Shown in pieces: positions 27,855 through 38,250 of a stretch of 64,000 nucleotides of DNA. Below the pieces are notes generated by a model that made no database searches, had not been told where the DNA came from, and saw nothing but the letters and a program-made list of their open reading frames with translations. The position numbers and the translations under genes were made by a program. Source of the DNA: Thermoanaerobaculia bacterium (lineage in GTDB: Bacteria; Acidobacteriota; Thermoanaerobaculia; Multivoradales; UBA5704); contig JBGAGQ010000013.1 of NCBI GenBank assembly GCA_044226625.1, positions 32,001 to 96,000 on the forward strand. Reading direction: 5' to 3'. Position 1 is the first letter of the stretch. Each line of letters opens with the position of its first letter.

Positions 27855-30752
27855 TTAGAACTTCACCCGAACGCCGATCTGGGTAAGGCGCTGCTCGCCC
27901 TGGCCCGGGTCGCCGGCGAAAGCGGTGGCCTGCCGATAGTTGTTCGCCGTCCGCGTACCGTTGAAGCTGGACGGGTTCTTCGAGTTGGTGACGTTGAACA
28001 TCTCGGCGAGAAGCTCGATGCCGAAGTGGCCGCCGAAGGTGAACTCTTTGGCGATGCGGATGTCGAGCTGCTTGAACGCGGCGCCGCGCAGGCTGTTCGG
28101 CTTCGAGACACCCGGCGCGAGGTCGAGCCGGAAGCCGTCGCCGTTCAGGTCGAGACCCGAGATGTCGGAGTACGGAAGCGCCGAGCGATACCGGAAGGTA
28201 CCGGCGACGTTGATCCCCCAGGGCGCGCGATAGATGCCGCCCAGCGTGAAGCGGTGACGGGCGTCGGTGTTGAGCGGACCTTCGCAGACGCCGCCGCAGA
28301 TCGGATTGAGCGGGTTGAACGAAACGTCGCGGCCGGCCGTCAGGTCGGGCTGGTGGTCGGTCACCGTGAGACGGAACTCATCAGCGCCGCCGAGCACGTT
28401 CCCCTCGGCCTTCGAATAGGTGTAGAAACCCTGGAACTCGAACTTGCCCTTCGGGTCACGAGCGCGGAAACCGATGTTCGCGCCGCGGTAGGTCGCCTTG
28501 CCGTTGCCGTACCAGATCCGGAAGTTGCTGAACTGGGGGAAGCGGCGCGCGCCGGTCGCCGGATCGCGCGGGTTGGCGCGGAACCGGAACGGAATGTCCT
28601 CGTAGTTGACCGAGACGGCTTCGAAGTTGAATCCGAGCCACTCGTTGGCCTGGAGCGAATAGCCGAGCGAGATCTGGTCGGAGTACGGGGTTGCGAGCGT
28701 CGGCGAAGCGACGTCGTTCTCCGGCGGAATCGCCGCACCCGGCAGCTGGTTCGGCGGCAGCGGCTGCCCGACGCGGTAGAAGGAACCGTCGGGGTTGCGG
28801 ATGCCGTTGGGGTTGTTGTTGTTGTAGACCGCGCCGAACCGCGACTGTGCCGCGAGCGCCGGGAAGAGGATCGTGGCGTTGGTGTACGGGAAGTCGTAGT
28901 AGCGACCGAGACCGCCGCGCAGCAGGTGCTTGCCGTCCGACTTGATGTCCCAGGTGAAGCCGAGGCGCGGCGCCCAGTTGTTGTCGTCGTTCTCGAGCTT
29001 GCCGCCCTTTCCGCCCTGGAAGTCGCGCAGATAGCTCTCGTTGTAACGGGTCTGGCTCGACAGCGTCTGCCAGAGAGTGCTCGAGCGCTGGTCGAGGTCG
29101 AAGCCGTCGTTGTAGTCGTAGCGCAGCCCGAGGTTCAGCGTCAGGTTGTCGCTGAACGACCAGTCATCCTGGAAGTAGACGCCGTACTGCTTGATCGGCG
29201 TTTTGTTGCCCGAGAAACCGCCGTTGAAAGTGATGTCCGTGACCGGCGAGTTGAGGTCGTCGCGCAGGAGCGAGAACTGCCCGTTCAGGCCGGTCGAGAA
29301 ATCGCCGCCCAGGGTCGGCTCGTCGACGTAAGCGACGCCGGTCTTGAAGTCATGGCGCCGTCCGCCGAGCGTGCGCGAGAAGCTGAAGTCGTCCTTGTAC
29401 TGGTACTTCGTCTGGTTCGTGGTCTGCGGCGTGTTGATGTTCTGGCCGACCGTAACCCCAGACGGGAAGTACAGGAACGGATCGTTCGAGTCCGCGGTGA
29501 TCGAGTTCTGGAACTTGGTGTACTGGAAGACCGCTTCGTTCAAGGAGTCTGCGCCGAGCTGGGCGGTATGGCCGACCAGAATCGACTTGTAATCGTTGCT
29601 CACGGTGCCGAGCGAGCTGGGCGCCGCCAGCGGGTTCTGGCCGTACTTGTCGCTGTTCTGCTGGAAGCCGTAGCGAACCTGAAGGAACTGCTTCGGGGTG
29701 ACGTCCCAGGAGGCTTTGGCCTGGCCGAGCTCGTCCTCGAACGGCACGACGATCGACTGGCCGTCGAGCGTCGGCAAGACGCCGCCGGTGTTGACCGTGT
29801 AGGCGGTATCGCGCTTGGTCTTCTCGTAGGTGGCGAAGAAGTGGGCCTTGTCCTTGATGATCGGCCCGCCGATCGAAGCGCCGTACTGCTTGCGCTTGTA
29901 GGCTTGCTTGCCGGCCCCGGACTGGTTTTCGGTCTCGGTCTCGGAATTCAGGCTCTTGTCGCGGAAGAAGCCATAGGCGCTACCCTGAAACTGATTCGTG
30001 CCCGACTTCGTGACGACCGACAAGACGCCGCCCGTGGTGCGTCCGTACTCGGCCTTGTACTGCTGGGTCTGGATTTTGAACTCCTGTACGGACTCGAGCG
30101 GGAAGTTCTGGAGCGCGCCGCCGATCGTGTCGTCCGTATTGTCGCCGCCGTCCACAACATAGTTGACGTTACGTCCGAAACCGCCGTTGAGCTGCACGAC
30201 CAGCTGGCCCGGTTTGGTGGGGTCCGTGTTGTAGCCGAGTGTGGTGCCCGGAGCGAGGACCGCGAGGTTCGCGAATTGACGGCCGTTGAGCGGCAGGTTC
30301 TGCAGCTCTTCCTGGCTCACCACCGCGCCGATCGCGGGAGTGTTCGAAACCAGGGGCGCCTCGTCGACGACCGTGATCGATTCCTCGACCGCGGCCGGCT
30401 TGAGCGTGACCGAAAGGTCGCGTTCTGAAGCCACCGAGATCCCGACGTTCTCCACGTTGACCGTCGAGAAGCCGGAAAGCTCGGCGACGACTTTGTAGGT
30501 TCCGGCCGGCAGGGCCGCGAAGCGGAACGAGCCGTCTTCGCCGGAGACGGTGAGCCGGGAGGAGCCGGTCTCGTTGTTGGTCGCGGTCACCGAGACGCCC
30601 GGCAGCCCTGCGCCGGCTTCGTCGACGATGCGTCCGATCAGGCTGCCCGCGGCCGACTGCGCGCCCGCAGGTGCTGCGAGAACCCCCAAGAGGGCCGCTA
30701 CGGCGCAGAGGACGGTAAGCCCACGCCGCAGCAAGTATGCCTTGCCTGTCAT
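27855..30752 (-). CDS. Oar-like TonB-dependent receptor with carboxypeptidase-regulatory-like N-domain
   Basis: GLPGVSVTATN, NLPLNGRQFANL, ESVQEFKI, YGRTTGG..VVTKSGTN, LTLNLGLRYD, terminal F; AAAGGAG RBS before ATG 30752. Confidence 0.95.
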   Translation of the reverse strand: MTGKAYLLRRGLTVLCAVAALLGVLAAPAGAQSAAGSLIGRIVDEAGAGLPGVSVTATNNETGSSRLTVSGEDGSFRFAALPAGTYKVVAELSGFSTVNVENVGISVASERDLSVTLKPAAVEESITVVDEAPLVSNTPAIGAVVSQEELQNLPLNGRQFANLAVLAPGTTLGYNTDPTKPGQLVVQLNGGFGRNVNYVVDGGDNTDDTIGGALQNFPLESVQEFKIQTQQYKAEYGRTTGGVLSVVTKSGTNQFQGSAYGFFRDKSLNSETETENQSGAGKQAYKRKQYGASIGGPIIKDKAHFFATYEKTKRDTAYTVNTGGVLPTLDGQSIVVPFEDELGQAKASWDVTPKQFLQVRYGFQQNSDKYGQNPLAAPSSLGTVSNDYKSILVGHTAQLGADSLNEAVFQYTKFQNSITADSNDPFLYFPSGVTVGQNINTPQTTNQTKYQYKDDFSFSRTLGGRRHDFKTGVAYVDEPTLGGDFSTGLNGQFSLLRDDLNSPVTDITFNGGFSGNKTPIKQYGVYFQDDWSFSDNLTLNLGLRYDYNDGFDLDQRSSTLWQTLSSQTRYNESYLRDFQGGKGGKLENDDNNWAPRLGFTWDIKSDGKHLLRGGLGRYYDFPYTNATILFPALAAQSRFGAVYNNNNPNGIRNPDGSFYRVGQPLPPNQLPGAAIPPENDVASPTLATPYSDQISLGYSLQANEWLGFNFEAVSVNYEDIPFRFRANPRDPATGARRFPQFSNFRIWYGNGKATYRGANIGFRARDPKGKFEFQGFYTYSKAEGNVLGGADEFRLTVTDHQPDLTAGRDVSFNPLNPICGGVCEGPLNTDARHRFTLGGIYRAPWGINVAGTFRYRSALPYSDISGLDLNGDGFRLDLAPGVSKPNSLRGAAFKQLDIRIAKEFTFGGHFGIELLAEMFNVTNSKNPSSFNGTRTANNYRQATAFAGDPGQGEQRLTQIGVRVKF

Positions 30753-30880
30753 CGCTGCAATCTCCTTTGGAAGAACGTCAAGGGACGTTACTACATAGAC
30801 TACGCCAACCTGAACGGAGGGTCGAGAGGGCCCGTCCCGCACGGAAAATCCCCCGCGTTCGGTAACTTTTGGAGCCGCTA

Positions 30881-33046
30881 TCACCCGCCGAGGCGGCCGA
30901 GCAACTGCAGGGCGGCTCGCCTCTGGTCGGCCCAGGCGGGGGTGGTTCCGGCGGCCTGGAGAAAGGCGCGGTAGCTCTCGGCCGCGGCGTTGCGGTCGCC
31001 CGCCATTTCGAGGGCGATCCCCCGATTGATCCACGTTTCCAAGTTCGCCGGGGCGAGCTCCCGCGCGCGGTCGAAGCAGTCGACGGCCTCTCTCGCGCGG
31101 CTCGTTTCCACCAACAAAGCGCCGAGGCCGTTCCACGGCTCGGCATATCGAGGCGCGGCGGCGATCGCCCTACGGTAGGCGCCTTCCGCCTCGGCCGTTC
31201 GGCCGAGCGACCTCGAGGCGTTGCCCAGGTTATTGAGCGCGACGGCATTGCGGGGATCGATCTCCGCCGCTCGTTCGAACTCCCGCCGGGCCTCTTCGCT
31301 TCGCCCTTCCTGGAGTAGCAGCAGGCCTAGGGTGTTGTGCGGCTCGGGTCGCTTCTCGTCGAGCGCGATCGCGCGCGTGATCGCGGCGCGTGCCTCGGAA
31401 CCTCGGCCCCCCTCCTCGAGCGCCACGGCGAGGTCATACCAGACGTCGGCATCCCCGGGAGCGGCGAGCGCCGCTTGGCGAAGCACCGGAATCGCCTCGG
31501 CGCGCCGGCCGTTCTCGCGCAGCGCCTGGGCCAGGCGGCTGCGGAACGTCGCATTACTGGGATCGGCGGCGGCGAGCGCCGAAAGCCCGCGGACGGCCCT
31601 TGGCGCGTCGCCCGTGCGGAGCGCGAGCGCCGCCTGCTCGAAGCGTTGGAACAGCTCGATCCGGTCTTTGGGATCGGGCCGCCCACCTGCGCTCCCGGAA
31701 GCCTTGGCGGCCGCGTCGCTCCCGCCCGCAACGTAGCCGAGGCTCGCGAGCCGCTTCGCGGTCTCCGCGTCGGTCGCGGCGTCGGCCGCAGGCGCCGCAA
31801 CCGCTCCGGCCTCGATCTCGGCCAGGCGCGCGGCGAATCCCGCGCCCGAATTCGGTCGTTGGTCCGAGAGGAGGTTTCTGGATTCGCCCGGATCGCGAGC
31901 CAGGTCATAGAGCTCCGGCCGCGGTGCCGAGATGTATTTCGCTTCCCGGCGGCGGAGCATGGAAAGCGGGCTCCAACCGAAGATCTCGGGGTAGCGGGTC
32001 TCGGCATACACCTCGGCGGCTGAAATCTCGTGACCCGCGCGGAGGGGGGCCGAGAGGTCGCGGCCGTCGAGGGCGCCGGCCGTCGCGGGGAACGGATGGC
32101 CGAGCAGGCCCGCGAGGGTCGGAGCCAGATCGCACAAGCCGACCGGCGTCGAGATCGCCCGCGGTACGAGGCCCGGTCCGCGCAGGAGGAGGGGGACCGC
32201 GAGCGTCGATTCGTAGATCAACATGCCGTGGGTCGCTTCGCCGTGCTCGCCCAATCCTTCGCCGTGATCGGCGGCCAGTGCGATCAGCGTCGCCGAGGCG
32301 AGACCTCGATGCTCGAGCCGATCGAGCAGACGGCCGACCTGGGCATCGGCATACGCGATCTCGCCGCGGTAGGGGTCCTGGGCGAACCGCTCACGGAACG
32401 GCGAAGGCGCCGCGTAGGGAGCGTGAGGATCGTAGAGGTGGATCCAGAGGAAGAAAGGCGGAACCTCGGTCCGATCTCCTTGCGCACCGGCCCCGAGGCC
32501 GTCGAGCCAGGCGAGGGCGCGATCCATGACCTGGCTCGCGGGGCGCTCCGCCTCGAGTGGGGCCGAGCCCGCCACGCCTCGTTCGATCTCATCGTCGTAG
32601 GTCTCGAAACCGCGGTTCAGACCGAAACGCCGATCGAGCACGAAGGCCGCGACGAAAGCGGCCGTCTTCACACCTTGTGCGGAAAGCACCGTCGCCAGCG
32701 TCTCGCGGTCGGAGGGGAACGTGCCGGCTCCGTTGTTACGTAGTCCGTGATGCGGCGGCAGTAGGCCGGACAACAGGCTCGAATGGGAAACCAGGGTGAG
32801 CGGCGCGTTGGCCGTCGCGGCGTCGAAACGGATGCCCTCCCGGGCCAGCCGGTCGAGCGCCGGAGTTTGGGCGCGGCGGTCGCCATAGGCGCCGACGTGG
32901 TCCCTCCGCAAGGTGTCGATCGTGACCAGGACGAGGTTCTTCGCCCGGGGCTCCGAGACCCCTGGACCGGAGCAAGCGGCCAGAGCACCGAGAGCCGAGG
33001 CCACGGCGAGCCGAACCAGGAAGATGGAATGGCGCGGGGTTCGCAT
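30881..33046 (-). CDS. Sulfatase/alkaline-phosphatase-superfamily lipoprotein with TPR repeats
   Basis: LAAC lipobox; NLVLVTIDTLRRDH, HLYDPH, ADHGE, HG; C-terminal TPRs. Confidence 0.9.
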   Translation of the reverse strand: MRTPRHSIFLVRLAVASALGALAACSGPGVSEPRAKNLVLVTIDTLRRDHVGAYGDRRAQTPALDRLAREGIRFDAATANAPLTLVSHSSLLSGLLPPHHGLRNNGAGTFPSDRETLATVLSAQGVKTAAFVAAFVLDRRFGLNRGFETYDDEIERGVAGSAPLEAERPASQVMDRALAWLDGLGAGAQGDRTEVPPFFLWIHLYDPHAPYAAPSPFRERFAQDPYRGEIAYADAQVGRLLDRLEHRGLASATLIALAADHGEGLGEHGEATHGMLIYESTLAVPLLLRGPGLVPRAISTPVGLCDLAPTLAGLLGHPFPATAGALDGRDLSAPLRAGHEISAAEVYAETRYPEIFGWSPLSMLRRREAKYISAPRPELYDLARDPGESRNLLSDQRPNSGAGFAARLAEIEAGAVAAPAADAATDAETAKRLASLGYVAGGSDAAAKASGSAGGRPDPKDRIELFQRFEQAALALRTGDAPRAVRGLSALAAADPSNATFRSRLAQALRENGRRAEAIPVLRQAALAAPGDADVWYDLAVALEEGGRGSEARAAITRAIALDEKRPEPHNTLGLLLLQEGRSEEARREFERAAEIDPRNAVALNNLGNASRSLGRTAEAEGAYRRAIAAAPRYAEPWNGLGALLVETSRAREAVDCFDRARELAPANLETWINRGIALEMAGDRNAAAESYRAFLQAAGTTPAWADQRRAALQLLGRLGG

Positions 33047-33298
33047 GAGCGCGAGGTCAAGGATAGCGAATCCGGATTTCGAAGCGGCTCGTTTCTCTCT
33101 TCTGGCGCACTTATCCGTGGGAAGCGAGGGGCGCGGTCGAGAAGGGCGAAGGGGTCGAGACCGGAACGAGACGCTCGAGCCGGAGCCCGTAACGTCCCGG
33201 CGGGCTTCGTCGCCAGGGAAGTCATGCTGATGGTCGAAGGCGAGCGGTACGCGAGGGAAGCGGCGCTACAATACGCGCTGGTTTCGAACGGAGGGGCG

Positions 33299-35344
33299 AT
33301 GGGCGAAAGCCCGCGGGACATCGGCTCGGTTCTCGAGGGCAAGTACGAGATCGTACGCCCCTTGGGAGCCGGCGGCATGGGCGAGGTCTACCTCGTCCGC
33401 CACCTGCACTTGCAAGAGCTGCGGGTGGTCAAGATCTTGCGCCAAGATCTCGCGACCGACCCGGTGGCGCAGGCGCGATTCCTGCGCGAGGCCCGTCTGG
33501 CGACCCAGATCAAGCATCCGAACGTCGCGATTCTCTACGACTATTCGCGCCTCTCCGACGGCAGCTTCTACATGGTCTGGGAATACATCGAGGGGCAGGA
33601 CATCGGCGACCGATTGCGCAGAGAGGGACCGTTCCCGGTGGCCGTGGCGGTCCAGCTCGGAATTCAGACGCTCCGCGGGCTCGAGGCCATCCACTCGACC
33701 GGCGTGATCCATCGCGATCTCTCGCCGGACAACCTGATGATCACCGAGGATCGCCGCGGTCAGCTGCGGGTCAAGATCATCGACCTCGGCCTGGCGCGCG
33801 ACCCCGGACCCGATCCGAACCTCGAGATCACGAAGGCCGGCATGTTCATGGGCAAGCTTCAATATTGCTCCCCCGAGCAGGCCGGACCCGGGGCGAGCGA
33901 AGCGAGCCTGGATCGAAGGAGCGACCTCTACTCGTTCTCTTTGGTGCTCTACGAGATGGTCTGCGGGCGTCCGCCGTTCGATTCGGAAAGCCCCCATGGC
34001 TTCATCTTCAAGCGCCTCTCGGAAGATCCTCTCCCGCTGTCCGGCCGCAACCCGGCCATCACCGTGCCGACGGAGCTCGACCGGGTGATCCGTCGCGGCC
34101 TCGAGCGCGACCGCGACGAGCGCTTCCCCGACGCGGTGAGCTTCATCCTGGCGCTCGAAAAGGTCGGGCACGGCCTCAGCCCCGCGGCGACCCAGGAGAT
34201 TCAGATCCCCGGCCAAATCCCGAAACTGCCTCCGGCCCCTCGCTCCCAGGCGGCGGTCGCCGTTCCGAAGCCGCGCAGCTCCTCCGAGCTGACGCGGGAA
34301 GAGCGGATGGAGCTGCTCGCCCAGATCGAAAAGGCGGCGGCGCGCGCGAGAGAGGGCGACCAGATGGTTTCGCGGGCGCGGGAGGCGATCGCGGCCGGAC
34401 GATTGGAACAGGGAGCGGAGATGGTGCAGAGGCTCGAACAGACGAATCCCCAAGCGCCGGGACTCGAGTCGGTGCGCCAGAGTCTCGCGGAAGCCGAGGC
34501 GAAGAATCAGGCCGGCGCCAACCTGCGCGAGATCGAGCGGGTGCTCGACAGCTATCTCGCGAAGCGGCAGCTCGCGTTGGCGCGGTTCGCGCTCGAAAGC
34601 CTGCTCGAGCTCGCGCCCACTTATGCGAAGAGGAGCGAGGTCGAAGCGCGGATCTCGAATCTCGCCGAGGAGATCGAGCGCGACAGCCGAATCGACGAGG
34701 TGCTCGAGCAGGGGCGCGCCGCGCTCGCCCGAGGCGACCTGCGCACGGCTCGCGGTCAGGTGGAGATCGTCTTGCGGATCGGCGGTACGCGCGAGCGGGT
34801 TGCGTCGCTCGAGCAGGCGATCGTCGCAGCGGAGCGCGAAGACCGCGACGCGGTCGATCTCGCGGTCCGTCGGCGCCGGCTTGAGACACTGCTCGCGAAC
34901 CGCAAGATCGCCGAGGCGGAGCGGGAGCTAGCCGATCTCGCCCGCCTCGACGTGCCGAGGGTGACGCTCGACTCTTACCGCGAACGGATCGACGCGGCCC
35001 GGGCGACGCTCGGCAGCGAGGCGCTCGCGGCGGAGCTCGCTCGCAGGGCGGTCGACGCCGCGGCGGCGAAAGACTTCCTCTCCGCCCGCGATGCGGCCCA
35101 TGAGCTGGCCCGTCTTGCCGAGGGCGCGGAGCGCGGCGCCGAGCTACTCGCCGAGATCGACCGCGCCGAGACGGCACATCGCCGGCAGGAGTCGATCGAG
35201 CAAGGGGTCCGCCAGGTCGAGGCTTTCCTAGCCCAGGGGCAGGCGAGCTCCGCCGAGCTTGCGCTCAAGATCCTGGTCCAGATGGACCCCGACAACCGTC
35301 ACCGCAAGAGGCTGGAAAAGCAGCTCAAGGCGCTCGCCTCCTGA
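33299..35344 (+). CDS. Hanks-type Ser/Thr protein kinase with helical-repeat C-terminus
   Basis: GAGGMGEVY, VVK, HRDLSPDN, IDLGLA, SPEQ, SDLYS; TACAAT (33267-33272) and GGAGG RBS support ATG 33299. Confidence 0.93.
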   Translation: MGESPRDIGSVLEGKYEIVRPLGAGGMGEVYLVRHLHLQELRVVKILRQDLATDPVAQARFLREARLATQIKHPNVAILYDYSRLSDGSFYMVWEYIEGQDIGDRLRREGPFPVAVAVQLGIQTLRGLEAIHSTGVIHRDLSPDNLMITEDRRGQLRVKIIDLGLARDPGPDPNLEITKAGMFMGKLQYCSPEQAGPGASEASLDRRSDLYSFSLVLYEMVCGRPPFDSESPHGFIFKRLSEDPLPLSGRNPAITVPTELDRVIRRGLERDRDERFPDAVSFILALEKVGHGLSPAATQEIQIPGQIPKLPPAPRSQAAVAVPKPRSSSELTREERMELLAQIEKAAARAREGDQMVSRAREAIAAGRLEQGAEMVQRLEQTNPQAPGLESVRQSLAEAEAKNQAGANLREIERVLDSYLAKRQLALARFALESLLELAPTYAKRSEVEARISNLAEEIERDSRIDEVLEQGRAALARGDLRTARGQVEIVLRIGGTRERVASLEQAIVAAEREDRDAVDLAVRRRRLETLLANRKIAEAERELADLARLDVPRVTLDSYRERIDAARATLGSEALAAELARRAVDAAAAKDFLSARDAAHELARLAEGAERGAELLAEIDRAETAHRRQESIEQGVRQVEAFLAQGQASSAELALKILVQMDPDNRHRKRLEKQLKALAS

Positions 35345-35409
35345 GGCCTTCCGCCGCCCTGTCGAGATCGCCGAGGCTCCCGCGGGCCTCCTGCTAGACT
35401 CCCGCCGCC

Positions 35410-37536
35410 ATGGCGATCTCCGCTGCCCTTCCCGACCCCCCCGTGTCCTCTACGACCGATTCGACCACTCTTCCAGCCTCTCCTTCCCAGTCGACCGACT
35501 CGCGGGCGCGCTTGCTGCGCTACGCGTTCATGAAGCTCACGCGCGATTTCGACGCGCGATTCGAAAATCTGCTCAAGACCGGCCGTGTCTCAAAGTGGTA
35601 TAGCGAGGTGGGCAACGAGGCGACGACGATTCCCGCCGGCCTCGCCCTCGGTCCGGGAGACGCCCTCTGCACCCTCCATCGCGACCTCGGCGCGATCTTG
35701 CCGGTTTATCTGGACCCGGCGCGGATCTTCCCCGGGCTCGGTTTCGGCGAGCCGGACGGGCGGCGGCCGGAGCCGGAGGAGGTACTCACCCGGCTGGCGT
35801 GCCAACTGCTGGGCAAGGCGCCCGGCTTTTCGCAAGGCTTCGAACGGTCGTTCCATTACGGCTATCTCGCGCCCGAGCACGGCATTCTTCACGTCGGGAT
35901 GATCAGCCATCTCGGCGCCATGATCCCGGTTGCGGCCGGTTGCGCGTTCGCGTTCAAGCAGGACGGCAGCGACCGGGTGGCGATCAACTTCATCGGCGAG
36001 GGGGCGACCTCGACCGGCGACTTCCACGAGGGGCTGAACATCGCCGCGGTCTGGAAGCTGCCGATGGTGCTGGTGATCGAAAACAACCGCTATGCCTTTT
36101 CCACCCCGGCCGCGCTCCAGTACGCGGCGGCGAAGCTCTCCGATCGAGGCATCGGCTACGGCATGGCGGCCGAGACGGTGGACGGTAACGATCCCGACGC
36201 GATGGCCGCGGCGCTCGACCGTGCGGTCGCACGGGCACGGGCGGGAGAAGGGCCGACGCTCCTCGAGGCGATGCTGGGCCGCATGCGCGGACACAGCGAG
36301 GGCGACGACTCGCTCAAAGTGGTTCCCAAGGACGAGCTGGCGGCCTACGTCGCCGCCGATCCGGTCCCCGCTTATGCCCGACGCCTCGCGAACGAAGGCG
36401 TCCTGACTCCGGAGATCCGCGAGCGCCTCGAGGCGCGCGTCGCCGAGCTGGTCGAGACCGCGATCTCGCGCGCGCTCGAAGCGCCGGCCCCCGATCCGCG
36501 GACCGCGCTACGTCCGGCGCTCGCTCCGGCTCCGGTGATTTCGGAAAACGCCACCCCACCCGCCGAGCGGGAGGTCGCCTACGTCGACGCGATCAACCAG
36601 GCACTCGGCGAGGAGATGGAGCGCGATTCGTCGGTGGTCCTGATGGGACAGGACATCGGAGCTTTCGAAGGCCCGTTCCGCACCACGAAGGGTCTTTTCG
36701 CGCGCTGGCCGAAGCGGGTCCTCGACACGCCGATCGCCGAGAGCGGCACGATCGGGATCGCGATCGGCGCCGCCCTGATGGGCTACCGGCCGGTGATCGA
36801 GATGCAGTTCGGCGACTTCGTCTCCTGTGGCTTCAACCAACTGGCGAACGTGGCGGCCAAGCTCTATTACCGTTGGCAGGTGCCTTGCCCGATCGTCGTC
36901 CGTTGCCCTTCGGGCGGCGGGGTCGGCGCCGGGCCGTTCCACTCCCAGAACCCGGAGGGTTGGTTCGCCCATACCGCGGGCTTGAAGGTGGTCTGCCCGG
37001 CGAGCGCCGCCGACGCCCGAGCGCTGCTCAAAGCGGCGATCCGGGACCCCAACCCGGTCCTGTTCTTCGAGCACAAGTTCCTCTATCGGCGCATCAAGGA
37101 GCGTCTCCCCGAAGGGGACGACGCGGCGCCGCTCGGGATCGCGAGGGTCGTCCGTCCCGGTCGCCATTTGACGCTCGTCGGTTATGGAGCGACCACTTGG
37201 ACCTGCCTCGAAGCGTCCGAAGCCCTCGCCTGCGAGGGGGTCGAAGCCGAAGTGATCGACCTGCGGACCTTGATCCCTTACGACGAGGAGACGGTGCTCG
37301 CCTCGGTCCGAAAGACCGGGCGAGCGTTGATCGTCCACGAGGCTCCGATGACCCTAGGCTTCGGCGCGGAGGTGGCGGCGCGGCTCGCGGACGCCGCCTT
37401 CCCCTGGCTGGACGCGCCGATCCGGCGCCTGGCCTATCCGGACCGGCCGGTTCCCTACTCGAAGGTGTTGGAGCAGGAGCTCCTGCCGAGCGCCGAAAGA
37501 GTGAGCGCCGCGGCTCGGGAGCTGATGGCCTACTAG
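35410..37536 (+). CDS. 2-oxoacid dehydrogenase E1, fused alpha/beta
   Basis: TPP motif GEGATSTGDFHEGLN..ENN, RMRGHS, LDTPIAE, EMQFGDF, GPFHSQ, EVIDLRTL. Confidence 0.93.
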   Translation: MAISAALPDPPVSSTTDSTTLPASPSQSTDSRARLLRYAFMKLTRDFDARFENLLKTGRVSKWYSEVGNEATTIPAGLALGPGDALCTLHRDLGAILPVYLDPARIFPGLGFGEPDGRRPEPEEVLTRLACQLLGKAPGFSQGFERSFHYGYLAPEHGILHVGMISHLGAMIPVAAGCAFAFKQDGSDRVAINFIGEGATSTGDFHEGLNIAAVWKLPMVLVIENNRYAFSTPAALQYAAAKLSDRGIGYGMAAETVDGNDPDAMAAALDRAVARARAGEGPTLLEAMLGRMRGHSEGDDSLKVVPKDELAAYVAADPVPAYARRLANEGVLTPEIRERLEARVAELVETAISRALEAPAPDPRTALRPALAPAPVISENATPPAEREVAYVDAINQALGEEMERDSSVVLMGQDIGAFEGPFRTTKGLFARWPKRVLDTPIAESGTIGIAIGAALMGYRPVIEMQFGDFVSCGFNQLANVAAKLYYRWQVPCPIVVRCPSGGGVGAGPFHSQNPEGWFAHTAGLKVVCPASAADARALLKAAIRDPNPVLFFEHKFLYRRIKERLPEGDDAAPLGIARVVRPGRHLTLVGYGATTWTCLEASEALACEGVEAEVIDLRTLIPYDEETVLASVRKTGRALIVHEAPMTLGFGAEVAARLADAAFPWLDAPIRRLAYPDRPVPYSKVLEQELLPSAERVSAAARELMAY

Positions 37537-37542
37537 CTTCGG

Positions 37543-38223
37543 CTACCTCTTTTCGAGCAGCTTCTCGAGCTCGGCGATGCGCTTCTCGAGCTCTTTCATG
37601 CGGGCCTCGAGCTCGGAGCTGCGGGGGCGCGCGATCGCTCTGCCGTCCCTGGGCCCATGTCCCGGCGCGAGAAGCCGATCTCGCATCGCGCCGCGGCGTT
37701 CGGGATCGAGCTCGAGCACCACGTCTCGGCCGTCGCGCCGCTTGAGGAACATCGGCGCGAGGTCGAACTCGGCCCTCTCGCGCTCGGCGATCGTGGCGGT
37801 CAAGCGCTGGACCTTGCCGCCGCGCCAGAGCTCGATCGTCGCGCCCTCACCCCCGTCCTTGTGGCGGATCTGGCGCTGGACGTCCCAGGAAGATTGGACT
37901 GCTTCGCCATCGATCTCAGTGACCACGTCGCCGGGTTGGATCCCCGCCTTGTCGGCCGGGCTGCCGGTCTCGACGTGGGAGACCATGACCCCGGTGCCCG
38001 CCTTGACGTTGAAATGATCGAGCAGATCCGGAGTGAGCTCGATCAGGCTCACCCCGAGGAACCCCTTGCCGATCGGCCAGTTTTGACCGTCGCCTCGAGG
38101 CCCATGGATCCTCATGACCTCGATCCTGCGTTCTTTGACGGGAGGCGCCTCCTCGGCGAAGAGCGGTGCCAGGCCCAGGGCAAGCACTCCCACGGCGAAG
38201 GCGATGCGGACTCGATGGCTCAT
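37543..38223 (-). CDS. Exported PDZ-domain protein
   Basis: Signal peptide; GFLGVSL, GSPADKAGIQPGDVV; C-terminal coiled coil; AAAGGAG RBS. Confidence 0.88.
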   Translation of the reverse strand: MSHRVRIAFAVGVLALGLAPLFAEEAPPVKERRIEVMRIHGPRGDGQNWPIGKGFLGVSLIELTPDLLDHFNVKAGTGVMVSHVETGSPADKAGIQPGDVVTEIDGEAVQSSWDVQRQIRHKDGGEGATIELWRGGKVQRLTATIAERERAEFDLAPMFLKRRDGRDVVLELDPERRGAMRDRLLAPGHGPRDGRAIARPRSSELEARMKELEKRIAELEKLLEKR

Positions 38224-38250
38224 CTCTTTCTCCTTTGAAAAGGGAACATC

